Assembly: GCA_028818755.1 (NCBI GenBank)
Contig: JAPPNF010000148.1
Span: 5,514-69,513 of the forward strand
Length of the DNA stretch: 64,000 nucleotides
Direction of reading: 5' to 3'
Source of the DNA: Deltaproteobacteria bacterium
GTDB lineage: Bacteria; Desulfobacterota; Binatia; UBA9968; JAJDTQ01
Numbering within the stretch: position 1 is the first letter of the stretch; each line of letters opens with the position of its first letter. Position numbers and translations under genes: made by a program. Shown piece after piece: positions 29,712 to 38,739 of the stretch. The notes under the pieces are model-generated. The model searched no databases. It had not been told where the DNA came from and saw only the letters and a list, made by a program, of their open reading frames with translations.

Positions 29712-29750
29712 TTGACATACAATAACTACTAATTTATTTGTGAATTAGTA
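29712..29750 (+). promoter_or_regulatory. fic promoter (-35 TTGACA) overlapped by a 24-bp palindrome
   Basis: TTGACA at 29712-29717; TACTAATT-TATTTGTG-AATTAGTA at 29727-29750. Confidence 0.7.
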
Positions 29751-29767
29751 TTTGTTGGTTTCGGACG

Positions 29768-31102
29768 ATGAAGATCCCACGAACCGCCCCAAGTCTCGGC
29801 GAGATCCTCTCGAACTTGAAAGAGCCCGACCGGATGGCTGCGTTGCTCACGCGTGAGGGGATCGGTCCCTCGCAGGGGAAGAAGTACCGGCATTGGGAAA
29901 ACCTCAGTCGCATCCAGCCCCCGACCGGACTCTCATCCGAGGAATGGTGGGCGGCCGTGAAATTCGCCCGCCACCAGACGCGCAGGGCCATTCCGCTGAA
30001 GGACAAGGACGGTGCCTTCTTCACCTACTGCCTCGCGGATCCCGTTCTCGAATCCCTCTACGAAATCGACCGGGACGTAATCGGGAGAATCACGACAAAT
30101 GACCAACTCCTGAACCCACAAACCAGGGACCGCTATGTCGTGAGTTCACTGATCGAGGAGGCCATCACCTCAAGCCAGCTCGAAGGGGCGTCAACAACGC
30201 GCGACGCGGCAAAGCAAATGATTCGCTCCGGCCGGAACCCGGTGAATCGAAGCGAGAGGATGATCCTCAACAACTATCGGGCGATCCAACGGGTCAAGGA
30301 ACTCACGGCACAACCCCTAACCCCCGAGATCGTATTCACAATCCACGAAACGCTGGTCGAAGGAACCCTCGAGGAGGACCCGGTCGGCAACCATCTGCGG
30401 AAACCGGACGACGGTGTCGCCGTCTACCACGACAGGGACGGAACCCTGTTCCATACTCCCCCGCCCGCACGGGAAATCGCCCGTCGCATGGCCGCCATGT
30501 GTGACTTCGCGAACAAGACCCGGACGGACACCTTTCTGCATCCGATCCTGAAGGCGATTATCCTCCATTTCTGGCTTGCCTACGACCATCCGTTCGTCGA
30601 CGGCAACGGCAGGACCGCCAGGGCGTTGTTTTACTGGTCGGTACTCTCACGGGATTTCTGGATGTTCGAGTTTCTTTCGATTTCGGCCGTCATCCGGAGA
30701 TCGCCCACCAGGTATGCCAAGTCCTTCCTCTACACCGAGACCGACGAGAACGATCTGACCTACTTTCTCTTGGCTCAGCTTCAAGTCATCCGGCAGGCCA
30801 TCAAGGCCTTGTACGCATACCTCGACAAGAAAGCGCTGGAAATTCGAAGCATCGAGCAGATTCTTCAATCCCACGTCTCGATCAACCACCGGCAACTGGC
30901 GCTGCTCGGTCATGCCCTGCGACACCCAGGGGTGCGCTACACGATAGACACACACAAGAAAACTCACGGAATCACCTATCAGACGGCTCGGACCGACCTT
31001 CTCGACCTTGCATCACGGAAACTGCTCGTCAGGACGAAGACGGGGCGGTTTTTCTCCTTCACCGCGCCCGCGGACCTGGCGAAGCGGCTGAAGGTCTTGT
31101 GA
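29768..31102 (+). CDS. Fic-family protein (class II-like) with C-terminal winged HTH
   Basis: HPFVDGNGRTAR catalytic motif, SSQLEG inhibitory motif, HGITYQTARTDLLDL wHTH. Confidence 0.92.
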   Translation: MKIPRTAPSLGEILSNLKEPDRMAALLTREGIGPSQGKKYRHWENLSRIQPPTGLSSEEWWAAVKFARHQTRRAIPLKDKDGAFFTYCLADPVLESLYEIDRDVIGRITTNDQLLNPQTRDRYVVSSLIEEAITSSQLEGASTTRDAAKQMIRSGRNPVNRSERMILNNYRAIQRVKELTAQPLTPEIVFTIHETLVEGTLEEDPVGNHLRKPDDGVAVYHDRDGTLFHTPPPAREIARRMAAMCDFANKTRTDTFLHPILKAIILHFWLAYDHPFVDGNGRTARALFYWSVLSRDFWMFEFLSISAVIRRSPTRYAKSFLYTETDENDLTYFLLAQLQVIRQAIKALYAYLDKKALEIRSIEQILQSHVSINHRQLALLGHALRHPGVRYTIDTHKKTHGITYQTARTDLLDLASRKLLVRTKTGRFFSFTAPADLAKRLKVL

Positions 31103-31107
31103 TCAAT

Positions 31108-31131
31108 TACTAATTTATAAACAAATTAGTA
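31108..31131. repeat. Second copy of the 24-bp palindrome, 5 bp after the fic stop
   Basis: TACTAATTT-ATAAAC-AAATTAGTA. Confidence 0.85.
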
Positions 31132-31175
31132 GCAAGCTAGTATTTTGGAAGGCACGCGGCCCGGCACACCCTTGT

Positions 31176-31205
31176 TTGACACCCCGGATCACGCTTCCCT
31201 ATAGT
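31176..31205 (+). promoter_or_regulatory. Sigma70-like promoter of the M24 peptidase cluster
   Basis: TTGACA-18 bp-TATAGT. Confidence 0.6.
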
Positions 31206-31251
31206 CAGTGCCTTCACGGCATCGTAAACCTTATCCCCAGGGAGTTCACAC

Positions 31252-32439
31252 ATGTGGATCAACGAACCGCGGGCGAAGCGGGTTCTGGCCGAACGGGACC
31301 TGGACGGCTTGATGGCCGCCACCAACATTCCCAACGTCTTCTACCTGAGCGGCGTGTGGCGCCGGCAGGACATCGCCGCCATCGTCACCCGGGACGCCGT
31401 GACCGCGCCCTGGATCGTGATCCCCCGGGGCGAGGTGGACTACATGGTGGACACGGTGCCGCCGGCAGGGGTGGTCACCTACGGCACCTTCCATCGGGTG
31501 ATGGAGGACAACGGGCCGCTGACACCCCGCGAGCAGCGTATCCGCGAGATCGGCATCGACCTGGAGCCGATGAAGGATTTCTTCGAGGGCATCGTCCGGA
31601 CGCTGGAGAGCGCGGGCCTCGACCGCGGCCGGCTCGGCTACGACGAACGGGGCCTGGACCCGGCGCTGACGGAGCGGCTCAAGGAGCGGTTTCCGCACCT
31701 AGAACTGGTGCCGGCCATGTCTGCGTTCCGCGAGATCCGCATGGTCAAGAGCGCCGCCGAGATCGAGCGCATGACCGAGGCGGTGCGCATCACCGAGCAG
31801 TCCATCTACGAGGCCGCCCACGAGGCCCGGGAAGGCATGACCGAGGCGGAGATGTGCCTCGCCTTCGACCTGGGCCAGGTGCGGCGCGGCGCCGAGCCCA
31901 ACATGAACCACGTGGGCTTTGGCCGAAGCGCCGCCCTGGGCATGACCAACGTGCCCGAAGACACCCTCAAGGTCGGCGACATGATCCGCTTCGACGTCGG
32001 ATGCCTCTACAAGGGGTATCTCACCGACATGTCGCGGACCTTTTCGTTCGGCCCGCCGGACGACAAATTCTTCAGATATTACAACGCGATACTGAAAGGC
32101 CAAGATCTGGCCCTCGACCTCATCAAACCGGGCAAGGTCGCCTCGGAGATCTTCAACGAAACGGTGGCGGAAGTTCGCGATACAGGCATCCCGCACTACG
32201 CCCGCCAGCACGTGGGACACGGCATCGGCCTGGGCCTCGGCGGCTACGATCGCCCCACCATCTCCCCGGGAGACGACACGCCTCTCGAGGCCGACATGGT
32301 GCTGTGCATCGAGACCCCGTACTACGAGATGGGCTGGGGCAGCGTCCAGGTGGAAGACATGATCGTCGTCACCGAGGACGGCTACCGCCGCCTCACGTCC
32401 GTGCCCCGGCACCTCCAGGTGCTGGAGCCTCGCTCGTGA
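31252..32439 (+). CDS. Xaa-Pro aminopeptidase family (M24) peptidase
   Basis: Metal ligands D, D, H, E, E (FDVG, TDMSR, GHGIG, IETP, VED). Confidence 0.9.
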   Translation: MWINEPRAKRVLAERDLDGLMAATNIPNVFYLSGVWRRQDIAAIVTRDAVTAPWIVIPRGEVDYMVDTVPPAGVVTYGTFHRVMEDNGPLTPREQRIREIGIDLEPMKDFFEGIVRTLESAGLDRGRLGYDERGLDPALTERLKERFPHLELVPAMSAFREIRMVKSAAEIERMTEAVRITEQSIYEAAHEAREGMTEAEMCLAFDLGQVRRGAEPNMNHVGFGRSAALGMTNVPEDTLKVGDMIRFDVGCLYKGYLTDMSRTFSFGPPDDKFFRYYNAILKGQDLALDLIKPGKVASEIFNETVAEVRDTGIPHYARQHVGHGIGLGLGGYDRPTISPGDDTPLEADMVLCIETPYYEMGWGSVQVEDMIVVTEDGYRRLTSVPRHLQVLEPRS

Positions 32440-32568
32440 TGGCGCCCTTCGACTTCGCTTCGCTACGCTCAGGGCGAACGGGGTTATTCGAAAGGAGCCG
32501 TTGCACGGAAATCCTTACACTCAACCGTTCGCCCTGAGCGTAGCGAAGCGAAGTCGAAGGGCGCCATC
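32438..32568. repeat. Repeat family A, perfect 44-bp inverted arms, 43-bp spacer
   Basis: GATGGCGCCCTTCGACTTCGCTTCGCTACGCTCAGGGCGAACGG and its exact reverse complement. Confidence 0.95.
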
Positions 32569-32624
32569 CCCGAAGTCGAGGGATTACCGTCACGATTGAT
32601 CCGAATCCCGAAGCCAGTCCTCAC

Positions 32625-33893
32625 ATGAGCCACCTCACCGGTCTCTCCTGTATCCGCTGCAACGCGTCCTTCGGCATCGAGCCCCGCTTCGACGGGTGCC
32701 CGGAATGCCGGCGGGAAGCGCCCGCCAACCTGACGCCCCGGTACGACATCGACGCCGCGGCCGGGGGCTTCTCCGTCGAGTCGCTACGCGACCGGCCGCC
32801 CGGCATGCGCCGCTACCGCGAGTTGCTCCCCCCGGACATCCGGGACGCCGCGACCCTGGGTGAAGGGGAGACTCCGTTGCTCCACTGCGAGCGCTACGGC
32901 GGCCGGCTCGGGCTCGAGCGGCTGTTCCTGAAAGACGAATCACAGAACCCGTCGGGCTCCTTCAAGGATCGGCTGGCATTCGCCGCGATGGCGATGGCGA
33001 AGCGGTTCGAGGCCAGGGCGGTGGGGGTCAGCTCCACCGGCAACGCCGGCGCCGCGGCCGCGGCCTACGCCGCCCGCGCCGGGCTCCCGTGCATCGTCCT
33101 CACCGTCCAGGGGGCGGCGTCCGCCATCGTCACCCAGATGCAGGCCTACGGCGCCATGGTGGTGGCCACGCGCACCAAGGCCGACCGCTGGAAGCTGTTG
33201 CAGACTGGGGTCGCCGAGTGGGGCTGGTATCCGACGTCGCCCTATTTCGGGCCGCCGGTGGGCAGCAACCCCTACGGCGTGGACGGGTACAAGACCCTCG
33301 CCTACGAGGTATGCGAACAGATGGACTGGGAGGCGCCTGACTGGTGCGTGCTGCCGGTGGCCTACGGCGACGCGCTGTTCGGCATGTGGAAGGGCTTCGG
33401 CGAGCTGGCGCGACTGGGCGTGATCCGCAAGCGGCCCCGCATGGTGGCGGCGGAGATGGCCGGCTGCCTCGCCGCCGCGCTGGCTTCCGGCGAGGACGCA
33501 ATACCGGAGATCCCGGCGCCCACGCCCTACGTGGCCGGGTCCATCAGCGTCAACCAGAGCACCTATCAGGCTCTGCACGCGCTGCGCGCCTCCGGTGGGC
33601 CCGCGGTGTTGGCACGGAACGACGAGTTGCTGGGCCTGCAACGGGATCTGGCCGCGGACGAAGGCGTCTACGCCGAGCCGTCGTCCCTCGCCGCCCTTGC
33701 GGCAGTAGGCCGCCTGTGCCAGGAAGGGCGAATCGGCGGAAGCGACACTGTCGTCGTGGTGAACACCGCCAGCGGCCTCAAGGACACCGCCGCCACCGCC
33801 GGGGCCGCACCGGAGATCCCCATCGTGGACGGCCACACCGCACAATTCCTGGCAACCCTGCGAGATGCCTACGGCTATCGCGCGGAGACGTAA
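32625..33893 (+). CDS. Threonine synthase-like PLP-dependent enzyme
   Basis: N-terminal CxxC..CxxC, LGEGETPL, NPSGSFKDR, SSTGNAG, TASGLKD. Confidence 0.88.
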   Translation: MSHLTGLSCIRCNASFGIEPRFDGCPECRREAPANLTPRYDIDAAAGGFSVESLRDRPPGMRRYRELLPPDIRDAATLGEGETPLLHCERYGGRLGLERLFLKDESQNPSGSFKDRLAFAAMAMAKRFEARAVGVSSTGNAGAAAAAYAARAGLPCIVLTVQGAASAIVTQMQAYGAMVVATRTKADRWKLLQTGVAEWGWYPTSPYFGPPVGSNPYGVDGYKTLAYEVCEQMDWEAPDWCVLPVAYGDALFGMWKGFGELARLGVIRKRPRMVAAEMAGCLAAALASGEDAIPEIPAPTPYVAGSISVNQSTYQALHALRASGGPAVLARNDELLGLQRDLAADEGVYAEPSSLAALAAVGRLCQEGRIGGSDTVVVVNTASGLKDTAATAGAAPEIPIVDGHTAQFLATLRDAYGYRAET

Positions 33894-33904
33894 AGCCCCG
33901 AAAG

Positions 33905-33931
33905 CGTCATTCCCGCGAAAGCGGGAATCCA
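33905..33931. repeat. Repeat family B (dRS3-like ATTCCC-N8-GGGAAT)
   Basis: CGTCATTCCCGCGAAAGCGGGAATCCA. Confidence 0.9.
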
Positions 33932-33975
33932 CCGGCGGTATGGGGTGGAAATCGAAACGAGGCTGACGGAGATCC

Positions 33976-34980
33976 ATGAAATTCAGCATCCAGCTCCCCA
34001 CCTGCACCGAGGGCCTGGTCAACCCGGTGCCGTTCGTGGACCCGGAGGCGTTCATCCACATGGCCCAGGAGGCCGAACGGCTGGGGTACGACGCGGTGTG
34101 GGGCAACGACCACATCACCCCGGCGGCCTACGCCCGGCAGAAATGGCCCGAGCCGCCCAACTTCTACGAGGTCCTGGTGACCCTTGCCACGGTGGGAGCC
34201 CGCACCACGCGCATCCGGCTGGGCACGGCCGTGCTGGTGTTGCCGCTGCGCGACCCGGTGCTGCTGGCCAAGCAGGTGAGCACCCTGGACCGGTTCACCG
34301 GCGGGCGGGTGATCCTGGGCACCGGCATCGGCGCCTACCGGGAGGAGTTCGACGCCCAGTGGCCGCGGCGAAAGGCCGAGCGGCGCGGCGACCTGCTGGA
34401 CGAAAGCCTGGAGGCGCTGCAATCCCTGTTCCGGGACGCCGACGCCACCTACGAGGGCCGGCACATCGCCTTCCGGAACATCGCCATGCGCCCCAAGCCG
34501 GTGCAAGACCCGCTGCCCATCTTCGTGGGCGGCCACAACGAAGCCATGATCCGGCGCGCGGCCCAACGCGGAAAGGGGTGGCTGCCCGGCTGGCGTCCTT
34601 TCGAGCAGATCGTGGAGCGCGTGGCGCTGCTGCGCCGTCTCACCGAGGAGGCCGGGCGGGAAACCCGCGCCGTGGAGGCTTGCTCCCAGTTCACCCTGTG
34701 CATCGGCAAGACCGTGGAAGAGGCCCGGGCGCGCTACCGCAAGACCGGCATGGTCCAGCACCGGGTCTCCCTGGCCCACACCGGCCGGGACCCGGCCCTG
34801 GCCGAGACACACAACCTCATCGGCAGCCCGGCCAGCATCCTGGAGCAGGTGGACTTCCTGGAAAAGGCCGGAATTGACCACATCTGCGCCTTGCAGTTCC
34901 CATCGGACACGGGCGCGGAGATGCTGGAGCAGATCCAGTGGCTGGCCGAGGAGGTGATGAAGCCGTTCAACGGCGGCTAG
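33976..34980 (+). CDS. LLM-class (F420/flavin) oxidoreductase
   Basis: AERLGYDAVWGNDH, RLGTAVLVLP, PKPVQ. Confidence 0.9.
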   Translation: MKFSIQLPTCTEGLVNPVPFVDPEAFIHMAQEAERLGYDAVWGNDHITPAAYARQKWPEPPNFYEVLVTLATVGARTTRIRLGTAVLVLPLRDPVLLAKQVSTLDRFTGGRVILGTGIGAYREEFDAQWPRRKAERRGDLLDESLEALQSLFRDADATYEGRHIAFRNIAMRPKPVQDPLPIFVGGHNEAMIRRAAQRGKGWLPGWRPFEQIVERVALLRRLTEEAGRETRAVEACSQFTLCIGKTVEEARARYRKTGMVQHRVSLAHTGRDPALAETHNLIGSPASILEQVDFLEKAGIDHICALQFPSDTGAEMLEQIQWLAEEVMKPFNGG

Positions 34981-34987
34981 CGCCCCA

Positions 34988-35120
34988 ATGGCGTCCTTCG
35001 ACTTCGCTTCGCTACGCTCAGGACGAACGGTTTGGAAACTCTGTGGACTGGCGGGGTTGCTGCGGAACACAAAGGTTCCGTTCGTCCTGAGCGTAGCGAA
35101 GCGAAGTCGAAGGACGCCAT
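34988..35120. repeat. Repeat family A, perfect 43-bp inverted arms, 47-bp spacer
   Basis: ATGGCGTCCTTCGACTTCGCTTCGCTACGCTCAGGACGAACGG and its reverse complement. Confidence 0.95.
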
Positions 35121-35159
35121 GTAAATATCACTGGCAGTCGGTGACTGCAGCGCCCCTCA

Positions 35160-35189
35160 GTCATTTCCGGGCAAGCGGGAATACAGGGG
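35160..35189. repeat. Degenerate family B repeat
   Basis: GTCATTTCCGGGCAAGCGGGAATACAGGGG versus consensus GTCATTCCCGCGAAAGCGGGAATCCAGGGG. Confidence 0.65.
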
Positions 35190-35208
35190 CGGGGATGGAA
35201 AGTAGTTC

Positions 35209-36171
35209 ATGACACAACCAAAGACTGCGGTCGGCTACCTGCTGCCTACTCGGGAAATCGTGATGGCGCAAGCCGTGCCGGACCTGAGCCGCATCATGCG
35301 ACTGGCGGAACGGGCCGAGGAACTCGGTTTCGACTCCATCTGGGTGGGGGACAGCATCCTGGCGCGTCCGCGCCTGGAACCGCTGACCACGCTGGCCGCG
35401 GCGGCCGCGCGCACCAGCCGCGTGAAGCTGGGCACCGCCGTGCTTCTCCCGGCCTTGCGCCACCCCGTCGTCCTCGCCAACGAGCTGGCCAACCTCGACC
35501 TCGTCTGCAACGGCCGGCTGATCCTGGGCCTGGGCATCGCCGGCAACAACAACAGCATCGAGCGAGAGTTCACCGCCTGCGGCGTTGATTTCAAGCATCG
35601 CATCGGCATCTTCGAAGAGGGCGTGGCCCTCATGAGGAGGCTGTGGACGGAACCCGAGGTGACCTTTCACGGGCGCCACTTCCACCTTGACGGCGTGCGC
35701 CTGGGCCTTCGCCCGGCCCAGTCCTCGGGCATACCGCTGTGGCTCGCCGGCGGCGTGGACAACGCGCTGCGCCGGGTGCTGCGGCTGGCCGACGGCTGGT
35801 TCCCGCTGCCCAACTCCCCGGAAAGCTTCGCCCGCAACTGGGAGCGGATCGAATCCCTGGCCCAGGAGATGGGGCACGGCGCCGCCCGGCTCGCCCGCGC
35901 CGTCTACGTCACCGTGAACCTGAACGACGACACCGCCCAGGCCGAGCGCGAGATGCGGTCGTTTATGGAGAGCTACTACAAGGTGTCCTACGAAACGATG
36001 GTGGCCTTGCAGCCCCCGTGCAACGGTCCGGCCGCCCGATGCGTCGAATGGCTCCAGGCATTCGTCGAGCGGGGTGCCGAGACCATCGTCGTGCGCTTCG
36101 GCGCCCCGGACCAGACGGCCCAGCAGGAACGCTTCGCCGCCGAAGTGCTGCCCGCCCTCCGCGTTGCATAG
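35209..36171 (+). CDS. LLM-class flavin-dependent oxidoreductase
   Basis: AEELGFDSIWVGDS, KLGTAVLLPALRHP. Confidence 0.9.
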   Translation: MTQPKTAVGYLLPTREIVMAQAVPDLSRIMRLAERAEELGFDSIWVGDSILARPRLEPLTTLAAAAARTSRVKLGTAVLLPALRHPVVLANELANLDLVCNGRLILGLGIAGNNNSIEREFTACGVDFKHRIGIFEEGVALMRRLWTEPEVTFHGRHFHLDGVRLGLRPAQSSGIPLWLAGGVDNALRRVLRLADGWFPLPNSPESFARNWERIESLAQEMGHGAARLARAVYVTVNLNDDTAQAEREMRSFMESYYKVSYETMVALQPPCNGPAARCVEWLQAFVERGAETIVVRFGAPDQTAQQERFAAEVLPALRVA

Positions 36172-36330
36172 TACCTCTCCATACGTACAGTACGCGCTTG
36201 GCCACCCTGTCACCGAAGGGTTCATGAGGCTTCACCCGCGTGAGTGATGCGAGCCTCTTGCCACCCCGGAATCGCGTGTTATGCTTCTCGGATCGGTAGC
36301 TTGAGCTTCTGTCAAGACTGCGGAGTTCCT

Positions 36331-37815
36331 TTGGCTACGGCCCACCACGATGCCAAGACGCTCGGTGCATACTTCACCCCGGAGGTAGTGGCGGGTGCGT
36401 TGGTGCGATGGGCTGTTCGGGACCCTGGCGACCTCCTCCTCGATCCATCGAGCGGCGATGGCCGCTTTGTTGCACGTCATCCGAACAGCGTCGGCATCGA
36501 ACGGGATCCGGCGTCGGTCGCACAAGCGTCGGCGCGGGCGCCGAATGCCACACTCGTAAACAGCGATTTCTTCACGTGGGCGTCTGAAGACCACCGGCAG
36601 TTCGACTGCGCAGCGGGTAATCCCCCGTTCATTAGGTATCAACGGTTCAACGGCCCGACCCGCCAAGCCGCACTCGACTACTGTCGCCGCCTGGGTGTCA
36701 TCTTCAGCGGCTTGTCGTCATCATGGGCGCCGTTTATCGTGGCGGCGGCCAGCAAGCTTCGTTCGGGTGGTCGGATCGCATTCGTCGTACCGGCGGAGAT
36801 CGGTCATGCGCCTTACGCCACGCCGCTCATGGACTACCTTCTAGCCAACTTCGGTTCCGTGCACGTGGTCGCCATCAGAGAAAAGATCTTTCCACAGCTC
36901 TCGGAGGACTGCTGGCTGCTGTTCGCAGACAGAGCCGGTTGTCAGGCGGACGGTATTCGTTTGTCGAAGCTCGAACGATTCGACCCCAGTGGCCTACCGC
37001 CAGCGGTGTCGGAACTGATATCGGTCGAGGAGTGGCGTGTCAGATGGGGTGGCAGGCTGCGGCCGTTCCTATTGCCGGAGCGCATCCGGAGCCTCTATAA
37101 ACGCATTAAGACCGACTCCGGGGCCGTCCAGCTCGGCCGAATCGCGCAGATCGGTATCGGATACGTCAGCGGCGCGAACCACTTCTTTCATCTACGGCCT
37201 TCCGACGTGGAGCGATTCCGGATACCCGACAAGTTCCTTGTGCCGTCGATCAGGAACAGTCGGTATGTCACCGGCACCGAGATAAACGATGCCGACATCG
37301 AGCGGTGGACCGCGAAAGACGAGCCCGTGTTCCTTTTGCGAATCCCACCCCGCACACAGGTGCCCGCTACGGTCCAGGCGTATCTCGACACCGAGGAAGG
37401 ACATCGTGCAAGAGGCTCCTACAAGTGCCGCAACCGCAAACCATGGTACACCGTTCCCGACGTTCGGCGGCCTGCGTTTGTGCTCACGTACATGAGCGGC
37501 AGATCCCCGACGCTCGTCGCGAATCGGAGCAGATGCACCTGCACGAATGCACTCTTGGCAGTCGATCTCCGGCCCGAACTGTTCGACGGTGGTAGCGACT
37601 TCTGCGGCCAACGACTGTCAGCAGCGTGGGGTTCACTCGTCGGGCGGCTGAGTTGCGAGATCGAAGGACATCCACTGGGGGGCGGGATGCTCAAGCTCGA
37701 ACCGGGAGAAGCGCGCAATGTGCTCCTGGCTCCGGACGCGGTGATCGAAAAACCTGAGAGTGCCCTGCTCGACGAAGGGATCGAAGTGATGCGCCAATGG
37801 AGGCACGTCGCGTGA
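36331..37815 (+). CDS. N6-adenine DNA methyltransferase (gamma class)
   Basis: GAYFTP, motif I DPSSGDGRF, motif IV NPPF, C-terminal GGGMLKLEP; TTG start with GGAG. Confidence 0.9.
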   Translation: MATAHHDAKTLGAYFTPEVVAGALVRWAVRDPGDLLLDPSSGDGRFVARHPNSVGIERDPASVAQASARAPNATLVNSDFFTWASEDHRQFDCAAGNPPFIRYQRFNGPTRQAALDYCRRLGVIFSGLSSSWAPFIVAAASKLRSGGRIAFVVPAEIGHAPYATPLMDYLLANFGSVHVVAIREKIFPQLSEDCWLLFADRAGCQADGIRLSKLERFDPSGLPPAVSELISVEEWRVRWGGRLRPFLLPERIRSLYKRIKTDSGAVQLGRIAQIGIGYVSGANHFFHLRPSDVERFRIPDKFLVPSIRNSRYVTGTEINDADIERWTAKDEPVFLLRIPPRTQVPATVQAYLDTEEGHRARGSYKCRNRKPWYTVPDVRRPAFVLTYMSGRSPTLVANRSRCTCTNALLAVDLRPELFDGGSDFCGQRLSAAWGSLVGRLSCEIEGHPLGGGMLKLEPGEARNVLLAPDAVIEKPESALLDEGIEVMRQWRHVA

Positions 37816-38705
37816 GTGCCTGCGAGTGGATATCGCTCAGGTCGGCCCTTTCACACTTCGTCGCGTTCCGCGGGGCACCACAGAGCCAGCGACACATCAA
37901 GCCGCTTCATTGGTACGTCGCCTGCCGGCTCGTCGTAGAAGGTGGCTTCCACCCAGACGAGATCATGCCACGCCCGCCGTTCCGGGTGGACGGGAGCCCC
38001 AGACAGCCGGTGTTGATCCATGATCCGAGCCTCGGCGGTGCTGGTGAACGGACTGTCTACGGCGGTCTCAAGACCAAGGACGTCGACGTTGTCGTGACCA
38101 AGGAAGGGATCGGGCCGGTGCTCGCGGTTTCCTGCAAAGGGGCGATTGGTGCGTTCCGGAATCTCACGAATCGGATGGAAGAAGCGGTCGGCGACTGCAC
38201 CAATCTTCACATCGCCTATCCGCCGCTCGTGTGCGGTTACTTGTTCATCATGCGGGCAAACCGCGCTGAGGAAATCGGGTTGGTCCGCCAACAGGAGTCA
38301 TCGCAGCAGCCCGTTCGGCCAGTCGCGGAGAACGATGTGGCCCTTGACGAAAGCGGCCAGCCAGTCGCGGCAGTTCGACGATTCCATGCGGCGCTTCGCG
38401 AATTGGCCGACAGACGCGGCATTCGAGACGACGTTAGCCGTTACGAAGCGATCTCACTCGCGCTCGCTTCGACCCGGTCGGAGGAGGTCGGAGAGATCGT
38501 CAGCGAGTTCCCCGATCCAGGCAGTGCGCTGCGGTTCGAACGGTTCTTCGATACGGTATACCGGCAATACGACGAACGATTCGTCTACGCCGCTCCCGAC
38601 CTCAGGAAGGTGACGGCTCGCAAGGAGTGGGCGAAGGCGTCCGAAGCCTTCCGTACAACAACGCTGACCAAGATGGACTACGAACCGAGAAGCGACGAGT
38701 CTTGA
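37812..38705 (+). CDS. Putative type II restriction endonuclease (PD-(D/E)XK fold, XhoI/PaeR7I-like)
   Basis: GTGA overlap with the MTase; KDVDVVV...AVSCK...NLTNRMEEAVG. Confidence 0.7.
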   Translation: MSACEWISLRSALSHFVAFRGAPQSQRHIKPLHWYVACRLVVEGGFHPDEIMPRPPFRVDGSPRQPVLIHDPSLGGAGERTVYGGLKTKDVDVVVTKEGIGPVLAVSCKGAIGAFRNLTNRMEEAVGDCTNLHIAYPPLVCGYLFIMRANRAEEIGLVRQQESSQQPVRPVAENDVALDESGQPVAAVRRFHAALRELADRRGIRDDVSRYEAISLALASTRSEEVGEIVSEFPDPGSALRFERFFDTVYRQYDERFVYAAPDLRKVTARKEWAKASEAFRTTTLTKMDYEPRSDES

Positions 38706-38739
38706 TCACGACCCGGAACGGCACCTTCTAAGAGAACGA

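Noticed and set aside
29727-29750. XerCD dif site
   Set aside because: Geometry is similar, but there is no TTATGTTAAAT XerD arm.
32438-35120. CRISPR array (repeats with unique spacers)
   Set aside because: The arms are inverted and dispersed, not tandem direct repeats, and no cas genes are present.
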